Origin: Macrostomum lignano
Taxonomy: Eukaryota
Assembly (NCBI GenBank): GCA_002269645.1
Contig: NIVC01000376.1
Span: 620,001 to 684,000, forward strand
Direction of reading: 5' to 3'
DNA length: 64,000 nucleotides
Below the pieces are notes generated by a model. The model ran no database searches. It had not been told where the DNA came from and saw only the letters and a list, made by a program, of their open reading frames with translations. Below, piece by piece: positions 51,431 to 61,605 of the stretch; within the stretch, counting starts at the first letter, position 1, and each line of letters opens with the position of its first letter. A program made the position numbers and the translations under genes.

Positions 51431-54400
51431 AATTTTTTATCTGGTGCGAAATGGCATATCTTTTAAACACTACTACGAGTACTAACAGTAGCATAATAAG
51501 TTGCTGCGATATGAATAATCGAACTTATACGTTCGTGTTATTAGGCTATTTAGTGGAAAATTGACTTTTGAAAGAAAAATCATTAAGGAAGCAATGATTG
51601 CATTGAAGATGGTCTATCTACAAGGCTACGTGGTTTGAAATAGGATGTACTTAATTTAAAAAAACAAATAGCATTCCTGCAAGATTTCAACCGTGCGGCA
51701 GTTTCTTAAAGCATTTTTAATCTCTGTACAGTCTCTTTATTCGAGCGCAGTAACAACTTCTCAAAATCTCTTTTGTTTCCAAATTCCAATACCAAGAGCT
51801 TTACTTGCAACTCAAAAGCTTCATAAATCCAGGATGCCTTTTGAATCTCTCAACTGGCGTTTAAGCCATGGAGTTTAAATAGCTACAGAATTTTACGTCA
51901 GTTAGTGAAACGGTGAAATAAAAAAACTGCTTTAACTTAATGACATCTGAAGCAAGTACGTATCAAGAGTTTCAAGTAAAAAATTATCGTTAGAACAAGT
52001 TTCCAACCGGTCAAGTTTCTACCCAATCCATCAAAAACTCAGTTTGTTATCCGTGAGAACTTTCTGTAGCACCCTGTATATTGCTTGTATGAAATATCTG
52101 CATTCCACTCTGTAGCTACCTGATTTGTCGTGAAGCAATAAAATTTGCATTACACTAAGGCTGGTTGATGAGCAGGTCAAGCAGAAAGGTAGCCAGACAA
52201 AGAAGGAAAATCTCGGTTAAAGGAATGATTTGATGAGTTATTCAAAAAGCCTTAGCAGATCCCGGCGCTTTTGATCCGGAATTATTCCGAATTAGGCAAA
52301 TCCAGTCAAGCCAAGAAGACTCTTGGAGCAGGGAAGCCCTGGAAGCTGAATTTATTCCTTATTATCAAGATTAACGACAACAAAATCGAAGTACGAGTGA
52401 AACAGCTCAGAAAAATCGAATTATCGTCAATTGGTTTACAATGAAACTAAATAAGCTGTATCAAATTTTTTTGATGTTTAATCAAAATCCAACTTGGCGA
52501 TTTTTTATGATTTCAGCAGCCAAAGCAACGCAAGTATACAGACTTGGGTCTCTGTTAGAAGTTTTTCGTATCAACTTTTGTATCGCATGATTTTTTCTGC
52601 TTCATATTTTCAAGGGTTTTTCAGTAGATCCTGTACCCAGTGCTTGAATTGAAAGAGGAATTTTCAACGGATAAAATTTACCGTTTTTAAACCAGCAGTA
52701 AACCAGCAGATTCCATGGTCTGTCGAGGAGCTCATCCTCATGGTTAACAACCTGTCGGTGCCGTGCCTCCCAAGTTGTGACTTCTGGTGACTCATCTGTC
52801 TAACAGAACAGACCTGGCAGTAGCTGAGACAGGGTCAAACAGGCTCTGAAATTGCACGACCAGTTGGAAATCAGTGGATTAACTATTGAATCATTTTCTG
52901 GTCTGCCAAGCTGCCAGTCACAAAATTTCTGATTGCTGCTGTGACATAATCAATATGTACACATGTGCACTGAATGTGCGACTAGAATGTATAATTACTG
53001 CAGGTAATTTTTTCACTTTTCTACTACCACTTTGTCTGCTGCAGTGTACAATATCAGTACATGTAAAGTGTAAATATATATTATTTGTGTACTGTAGCAT
53101 TACATTATTCTAGAAACTGTGCATGTCTATGAAATGAATTCTATTTGGTTCCTTCTAGTCGTAATGCACCTCAACAAAATAAGAAAATAAGTCAACTATT
53201 CTATTCAGAAGGTTAAATTTGCAGCATTTACAAACTAATGACAGTGGATTGCTCAAAAATCAGGCCAGCTAGGATCTGTATTAAAGCCATTCAATAAGCC
53301 AAATCCTCCAGAGACCATTCGATAGTAGAGTCTTCTTCGATAAAGTTTTGAAAAAGTCATCCTAAAGACAATTTAATTCTTTAAATCCCATCAATAGAGT
53401 ATTTTATTGATTAATGCATGATTAAACGTTTGTACTACTTTCAATAGTACGCTTAATTTAAACCTTAAGTTTTCGATCTTTATCGGAGGAAATTGGAAAA
53501 GATTTTCAAAAAGATTTATACCGAGTGCCGTTCGTAGCTTTAACCTTCTCGCTATTGAACTGACTTTACTGTGCACTGGAGGTTGTAAGCTTCCCATCCT
53601 AAAAGCAACTGTAAAAAATACATAAATCACCAGAATTTCTGTGGAATGAACTCACTCCAAAGTGCCACTGCGAGCTAAAATACGCATTTTAAAAATGAAG
53701 TTTTACGCTTTTAGATGAGGTTAAGCTGTCCACAGATTTAGGTAACTCTATAAGTAGACAAAAACTCTTTTCTAAACCAGCTAATCAAAAATCATATTAC
53801 CCAAAATGCTAGTCTTCATGTTGGCAATACACACACAGAGAGTAAGCAATTGCTCTAATTCCTAAAATGAATCATTGATCAACGCCTTACAACGTTTCGG
53901 GTTGGGTCGGGATCTCAAAGAGTAGTCCGCCATTAGTCAAATTAGCTGAAAAGAGACATCAAAATTAATTTAGGCCTCCACGTTGGCTCTTTTAAGCGTC
54001 CAGCAAAACCCTTTCTAGAGAATTTTTCTTTGATTTAAAATCGTCTGTTTTTCTAGCTTGTAAAGCACTAATCTGCCAACACAAGGATTTAAGTCGACCT
54101 CGAGTTTTTCGACACATGACTTAATTGTGCTACACACAGGGACACACATTTAAAGCTGTTTTTTAGGTTTTGTCAGTCAGGAATTCCTCGGTGTTCCTCG
54201 CCACACGGGTTCACTGGCTACACTCTAAATAGTCACAAACACCTCCAGTCCAGGACCCCCAAAACTCTCCGGACCAGCCCTACCCCACGCCAGCCAATTA
54301 CCGCGCCGGAGGAGATAGAAAAGACTGAGTAAGCTGCCTGGCCCAGCCAATCAGATCTCACCAGGTCTCAGAGCCATAACCCAAGTCGAAAAAAATATGC

Positions 54401-55750
54401 ATAATACGTAAAGGCCCAGAAAATGGGGGAATGGAAAGGCAGGCACACTGAGTTATGCAGGGAAGCAAACGAAGGAAGAGTTGTCTGCCCTTGAACTGCA
54501 AAAAAGTGCAGAACACAACAAATCGTTCAATTTATCAATTATGTTTGGTATGGCTATCGGAGAAAGTGGGAAAGCAATAAAAAATATACTCTGTTCTGAG
54601 CTGATCAATCTCGTGTCTGACAGCATAGAATAGAAAATTAAGGTTGGGATAATTTTCCATGACATTTGTTGCTCTGGATCTCGTTCTCGTTGAAGGGCGA
54701 TCTCGAATGCTTGAGAGAGGGCTTTAACAAGGAAAGATGCTTCTGTGCAAACCCAGTGTGTAAAATCCGAGTCTATAGGACTCTACATGTAGGTACAATT
54801 GTATACTTTAGCCTAACTTTAGACTTAAGTATATAAAAACGCATCGCGTCGTAATCCATCGATGTATATCTCAATGTACAAAAGTACAAAAGTACAAAAG
54901 TACATATTTGTCAGCGACGCCGATAGACGGGATATTCGTGTGCCAGTCGGGTGAATTTTTATGTTTTTTAGCCATCACATTTAGCCATCTCGAGCGTTAC
55001 ATATACTATAAATTTTTGTAATTGATGTGTAAGTAAAATTTGAGTATATACTCAGCAACATTGAAAAGTCGCCACCCTTTGCCCCAGTAGGCAGTGTCTT
55101 TTGACCAGCGTCTATCACCCGGCCAACCATTTTGATAATAAAAAATGCTTGAAAAAACAATGAAAACCGATTGGAAGCTTCAATCCGATCTTCGCCCTCC
55201 GCTCTTCCCAATCCCTCCTCACCCAGCCTAACTCTGCGTTGCGTGGCGCAAATTGCGTCACTCAAAAGTCGATACTGAGCTGGAATCTACTGCGCACTCT
55301 CAAAGGTGCCGACTTTTTAATGTTGTTGAGTATATTTTAGTAGTTATGCCGTCAATTCTGTCGATTTTAGTTTGAGCTATCGATATATTTGTTATTTGAA
55401 AAAAATCTTCTTTCATCAAATTTACCAGACTGAAAACCGTCCAATATTAAACAGTGGAGATTAGTTCATTTTTCTCTGTTTCTTGTTCCGCTGCCTCTTA
55501 GCAAAACAGTGCTTTCTGGTACCTCACAAAGTCATGGACGATTGCTAGAAGGGCTTCGACTTCAGCTGAGAAAATATTTCATCACTATTTCTAGGGATTC
55601 TATCGCGTGACAATTTCAACGAAACAAACGAATTCCGAACTGAAGTTGGTAGATTGCGTTGAATACTTTGAGAGGCTTCCGTTGTAATTCATTCTGACAC
55701 TGTATTCATAAATAGCTCAGTAAAGACGGAACGCAAGTAAACCGGCAACT

Positions 55751-55794
55751 TTTATTTGCAAGAACAAAAAGTGTCTATTAAAGTTCAATTTATT
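55751..55794 (-). terminator. Two AATAAA polyadenylation signals of the NPF gene (55789-55794, 55751-55756)
   Basis: Plus-strand TTTATT ~90 and ~125 bp downstream of the stop codon. Confidence 0.6.
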
Positions 55795-55880
55795 GCAACG
55801 GATTTTCAGATTGAAAGCGGGCATCAAAGTATCTGTTGGGGAGGCCGAAGTTCGTAAACTTTTTTTTCTGCAGAATTCCG

Positions 55881-56198
55881 TCATCCAAACCGCGGCCGGC
55901 TCATGGAGTTCAGGTAGCGGCGCAGGCTCGACAGGTACCGAGCAGCTTCAGCAGCGGATCGAAACTCGCCACTGGAGCCGAGGCTTCGCTTGCCGAATTG
56001 CGGTCTCGGCACCGAGTGAACGTGGCGATCCAGGTAAGCCAGGTACTTGGCAACTTCCTCAATCGAGCCAAGGCTCTGCAGCCTCGGGGACGGCGGTTGC
56101 GGCGACCGTTTCACCGGGAAGAGAGACGAGCCGGAGGCCGTCAGAATCAAACAGAAGCTGCAGATGACGGCAAACCGAACTGATGTCCTGCCGATCAT
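55881..56198 (-). CDS. NPF: NPY/NPF-family neuropeptide precursor (105 aa) encoding two tandem amidated peptides
   Basis: Signal peptide, then KR, SPQPPSPRLQSLGSIEEVAKYLAYLDRHVHSVPRPQF-GKR, SLGSSGEFRSAAEAARYLSSLRRYLNSMSRPRF-G-stop. Peptide 2 has the NPF Tyr at positions 10 and 17 from the C-terminus and RPRFamide. AAAATG start context. Confidence 0.9.
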   Translation of the reverse strand: MIGRTSVRFAVICSFCLILTASGSSLFPVKRSPQPPSPRLQSLGSIEEVAKYLAYLDRHVHSVPRPQFGKRSLGSSGEFRSAAEAARYLSSLRRYLNSMSRPRFG

Positions 56199-56277
56199 TT
56201 TCGATGCTTATTTAAAAGCGACTGTTTATCTTTAAAGAAAAAATATTTCGTCAAGCTCGATGTGGCGAGAAGAAAAG

Positions 56278-56285
56278 TGACGTCA
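56278..56285. promoter_or_regulatory. Canonical cAMP response element (TGACGTCA) 80 bp upstream of the NPF ATG
   Basis: Perfect palindromic CRE. TATA-like TTTAAATA lies nearer the ATG and CCAAT/ATTGG words at ~56357-56381. Confidence 0.5.
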
Positions 56286-57527
56286 ATCGCATGCTGAGGT
56301 ACCATATTAAGCTTTTGCCTTCACCTCACGCCATCCATAGCAGCTTTTCTTGGTTTGATTGGACTGTGACTCAGTGGGCCAATGGACGGATTTGAGTAAA
56401 TTTACGAAGCCTGTCTTACCGGATTGAGCAGAAACTTCTCCTTGATTCGTTTTAGCTTATGTCATCAACGCTTTTGTTTTGTGCAGGAATATGTCATTGT
56501 CGACTGATTAAACAGGCAGTAATTCCTCATTCTTTCACCTTAGATAACTAAGAATGTACTGTCACTCGAGTTTCTAAACTCAAAACAACCATCTGTGATC
56601 CCTAAATGCATGAATTTGGCTCCTGTACATGTACTTCCCACTTAAGCACACGTATTGCTTAAGCAGCCGAATGGGAAAGGATAACTGTGACGTTTTTCAT
56701 GTCTCTCTCATATCGATGCGCCGCTTTGCTCAAAGCCCGGCATTCTATTTGCAATCGATATTTTAGGAGAGAGGCGGTAGGCAAACACCGGCGGCTGTCT
56801 CTCGCGGTATCAGGCTGCCCGACGCAGCCCACTGGCAGGATTTGTCAACAGCTCCGGGGGGGCCGGTGAGTGATGACACGCCAGCCATCCGGTGTTTCCT
56901 CACGACTTCCGTTCCTTCAATCTTGCGTTCTGAATTTCAGTAAAAAGTACATGCAAAGCTATTTGTTATTTTTTAGACATTTCCGCTTTCGAGAGCTGCT
57001 AGCCTTGAAGAAGTTGTCTCAGAAATCCAAACCTGTGTATACAAAATTGGGTCTTCGCTTCCATCTGTATCCGCTTCAGTGAGTTTCAGAAACGATTTTC
57101 GTAGGCGTAGCACGCAGCCAATGCGTCTGCTACACGGATGAAGAGAAATTATATTCTTGCAATACAATTCCTGGGTAAGAGTTTTGAAAGACTCTCGACT
57201 GATGGACCACCAGTTCGATCTACAATGTTCGAGGAGAATTAGAAAACTCACTACTATCATGTATTTAGCGTGTGGTTAAATACGAGTACATCAACATTAA
57301 TATACGGAAGCTTGTAAATTAGTGGCTAGCGTGGTGCATGCATGTCATAAGAAATAACTATTGAAAGAATGTCCCAGTGTCAATGGTTTCTGTTAATGGG
57401 CACTTACAAAAGTGAATATTGTTTCAGGTATGTCAGGTAAGTTTCAGGAAATTCTAAAAGGCACGTCTGGAATTAATTTGTATGATGTATAGCCCGCTGA
57501 GAGAACCGGCTCTTCGAAGTCTCCTTT

Positions 57528-60500
57528 CTAAACAAAGTCTGATCTTTGCTTATTGTTGAAACATTCGCAGGCTCCAGCCGTCGCGATCGTAGCAGCTTCA
57601 GCGTTCAGGGCCGTATCGCTGAAAGGAATTTCCTGCTGCAGATGCTGCTGCTCCGGTTGAGTTACTGCTGGCTCCTCATTGGATGAAGCGGCTCGTCGAT
57701 TCGACAGACGGCTCTGCCAATGCACCGCCAGCTTGATGAGCAGTTCCAGGACCTCGACAAGCCACACCAAGGTCAGGCCGATCCACATGGACAGCAGGCC
57801 ACCGATCTGACTAAGCGTGGAGGCCAGAGTGCGCACCGGTTTGTCAACAATCTGCAGCACCGTGAAGTCTTTGCGACTGATGCGCAGCGTCAGGAGACTG
57901 CGGGACACCAGCTTGTTGCTGATCACCAGCTTGGCGGCTTCGGTCTGAGCAAAGCAATCGGGCGGATGATGAAATAGAAGTCTTTGGGGCTGTGACAGTG
58001 CTAATTTGCTGATAACTCACAGTTAGTTGCTTTAAAGGGAAGCTTCCTTGTGCTTCAAAAGAGAAAAAAATAGTCTCAACAATAAACACCTACAATTTTC
58101 TGATTGCCCAAGGTTGTTCCTACCTTTGAAAGCGTAAAGTAATGAGCAAGCAGAGCAAAAAGTTATTTCAGCAAGTCAAAGACAAAGACGCTGAGATGAA
58201 GACAAAAGAGGCTCGATGGAGACACAGACATCTTTTCAGCTAAATGAAGACTATTTTAGGTAATACCTACCTATGATTTCCATTTTGAGCATTTTGAGTA
58301 CAACTGGTATATCCATATAGACACCGAAAACAGAAGTGACTACTCTTGAGTAGTTAATCACGGAAATGATAGAAAAAATTTGATTTTAATTTTTGTACTT
58401 TTATGAATTACGAACGAACTTGCAGCCATAGGGAGGCGGGGTGGCGCATACACATTGCGGCCCACTTACTTCACAAAACGTATCTAAGCTTGTACTCACT
58501 CTGCTAGAACCTTTAGCCCGGACAACATCCTCGTACATCTGCTTCACTGTCGCGTATGCTTGCCTGGCTGGATTGTTGAGAATTGAGTGGTTTCGAGATC
58601 GATTCGGATCTTCAAACTCGTACTCGGGGCCGTGTTGCAGCAGCGGCAGCAGCTCGCTCTCGAACAAGTGCAGCTGCATAGAGTCTCGCGGCCACAGGGC
58701 CTGAGTAGTGGACACCTCGTAGGTGAGGTAGTTGCACGGCAGAGGGCAATGATAGTCCACCTGTTGGTCAAGCGGTTACAGAAGAACAAAGTATTTTCTG
58801 AGCTAAGAAAATCGATCAGGCCTAAAGCACTGTGTATAAAATTTCTAACGTCAAAAGATCTTAAGGACCTAGGACTGAGGACCTGAGGACCTAAATTGTA
58901 AATCAAAACTACTCTAATTGACCCATGAAGGTGCTCTCCCGTCCGCTTGCGCTTTGGAGGCACAGCATCAATGTCACTGGAAAGGTTCACTAAAAATATT
59001 CACTAATCTCCCATAAAGACCCGAATTCAAAAGTGATTTACATCTCGAAATGAACCCAGAAGGCCGCAGCGGGTTCGCTTTGTTGTCTGCACCAACCCCC
59101 GGAGGCTGAATGAGTTGAAATCGCCGTCTAGTCGTTCGCACATGGCAGACGCATTGCCCTTGGAGTAGAGCATTGAGGCCAGCGTGCAGCCGCACTCTCG
59201 CTCGATGTACTCCTGGTGATGCAGGCGCTTGCAGGCGTCGATGGAGTAGGCAAAATTGCGGCCGAAGATGTGCAGATGCGGTGGCACTCTGTGATGGCAC
59301 TCTCCGTAGGGCCTCGGCAGTCGAGTCCAGTTGACGCTGGTGAAGCGAACCTCGGTCAGCGTGCCGGGGTACACGTTGAAGCCAAGCTTTGTAACATCCG
59401 GGAAGCTGCCTTGCTCATGCAATACTACCCTGGCGCCCATGATCTGCGTGTTCGGATCGATGGTCATGCAGTCGTCGCAGCCGATGCTGAGCTCGTGGCC
59501 CAGGTAAAGCAGCATCTCCATCTCGATGACAGGATAACTGGTATTAACGCTGAAAGTGTAGCAATTGAGCCGGCTCTGATCGTGCACTTGACGCCAGCTG
59601 CCAACTGCCTGACAGCGAGGACTGCTCATGGGCAGCTCACTGGAGCCGTCTCTATATTTTTCAGCATCTGGGCGCAAAACAGTAAGAAAACAGCTGCGAA
59701 CCTGCGTTGGAAGTTTAAAAAAATTGTGAAAGTTACGTTAGATATCTGGTCAAGATAATTAAGTCACTGTTGACGTTTACAAGTTGCCAACAGTTACGAA
59801 AGTTAGGCAACTTTAGGCAACGAAAGTTGGTTAGGAATTTATTTTCATATCACTTCTCGATAAGACAGACCTAAAGTTCACACTCATCAGTTTCGGGTTT
59901 ATCAGGTTCGAGCGTTTATAACCATCCAGTAATTGCATCCGGTATTGATTTTAATGCGTTTGAAATATTGAAACTGACCAGCTGATTCAGGGTGAAGCCT
60001 AAATCTGACGGCTCGTGCCCGGCCGGTATGTTGGAGAAGTAGCTGTTCAGCGAGAAGAAACCGGCCATGTAGGGACTCAGCTGCTTCCAGTCTTCCCGGC
60101 TGATGTTCTTCAGCCTGCTCAGCTGTTTGGCCGCCTGCTTCACTGCGGCCCAATAGTCTCGAGGAGCTCGCCAGCCGTGCCGGTAGATGGTCTCGCGGCC
60201 TTGCAAAGACAGAGGCACCTGGTTGCACACCGTGATCGACGGGAACTGAGCGTCCAAGCGGTGCACGTGGCTTGGCATCTGGACGACATCGAAAGCCAAG
60301 TAGAGGTTGATGATCTGCTGCAGGTTGATGGCGCAGCCGATCATCAGGGCGGCCACGAACACCAGCCAGAGGATCTGGTAGCGCCGGCTGTCTGCACTGA
60401 CAATGCGAGGTATGCCGCGCAGACTGGTGTTGCGGCAGAAGCGCAGCAGGATGTCTCTGGCGCGCTCGCTCTGTCCCACTCGGGAGTTTTGATCGGCCTG

Positions 60501-60623
60501 CATCTCGGCGCGCTTCACCGATCGCGTTTGATGGTCGGTGCAGTCGGACTTCGTGCGAGGACCCGGGTGGATTTTTAGATACGACCAGTTTTCAACAACT
60601 CTCCCATCAGAGATCTTTCTCAT
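57528..60623 (-). CDS. DEG/ENaC (amiloride-sensitive sodium channel superfamily) subunit, ~675 aa; exons 60623(or 60503)-59979, 59701-59042, 58760-58500, 57989-57528
   Basis: Pre-TM1 FCRNTSLRGIPRI; TM1 LWLVFVAALMIGC; FPSITVCN; NCYTF; GARVVLHEQGSFP; YSIDAC...ECGC; CPLPC...Y...WP; TM2 LSQIGGLLSMWIGLTLVWLVE. Three phase-0 GT-AG introns; all exon lengths divisible by 3. Confidence 0.93.
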
Positions 60624-61605
60624 TTCAGTAATTTATTTTCGTCACAAATTTAGAGTCCGGGAGGCGGCGTGCCTTGGCCGCGGGACAGGATATAGTAATA
60701 GGCTGCTGATCTGCATTGAGCCGCGTCAGCTACTAAAACTGCAACTGATCACGCAGGCAGGACTGATTCAGCTTGCAGGGACCGCCTCCCCAATTGCTCT
60801 ATCTCCTCCCTCATTCTCTCGCTAGCCGGCATTGATCTGAAAATGACTGCAATAATCTGCCTCCCCTTAGGCCTCTATCGTTCATAAAAAAAGTTTTTTG
60901 TCCAACCCGATCATCCGCATTAGTATGCCGTATCTCATTGCCTCATCGCTTTTGATTCCCGACCCAGCGATGTAGGGGGAGGGGGCGTTGATCATCAGTT
61001 TGATCTCCACCAGTTGGAAATGATTGATATGCAAGAGACCGCAGCTAATTACCCCTCCCCTCTCTGACAAGGTCAAAGCCAAAATGCTATTCCAATTTGT
61101 TTTTGCTTCTGTTAGAGTTCTCATAATTATCTTTTTTGACTTTTGCTAGAGGACTTCTCAAAGAGAATGTCAAATCTAATGGGTTTCCAAGTTAGTTCGA
61201 GGGCGAGCTGGACCGTGTGGTGATATTTGCTAAATAATGTCTCCAAATTTCTGTGTTTGCGCTCTGGCAGCTTAGGAAAATCAACTGCAGCAAGGGCAGG
61301 GCAGACAGGGGGGAGGGTAGAGGGGAGCCGAGTTTGAGTGGAATGAAGCAAATTGAAGCCAGAGAGAGGTAAGCTGTAACAGAGTGCCTAACGTGCCTCG
61401 GGGAGGGGCATTGAAGCCCAGCTGTTTTGCGGAGCGAATCGATTGGGTGGGTAGGCCAGTAGGTAGCGCTAACGCCAGATGGCCAAGCTGCATGGAGTAT
61501 GACAGGCCTCCATGCCGGGAGGTACCTGGTTGGTAGCTAATTATTTATCATGTTCTGAGAAACGCCATTCGGGTGTTGAGCAGGCATGCGAAAGATTGTT
61601 ATACA

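Noticed and set aside
55720-55797. GTAAAGACGG and TCAATTTATTGCA resembling my unverified recollection of a flatworm spliced leader
   Set aside because: Words are ~55 bp apart, lack a following donor/Sm site, and the second is explained by the NPF poly(A) signal on the other strand.
59870-59910. Minus-strand GAAACTGATGAG as a hammerhead ribozyme core
   Set aside because: Core elements are in the wrong order and no stems II/III could be built; also checked the CTGA(A/T)GA words in the 20-bp array without success.
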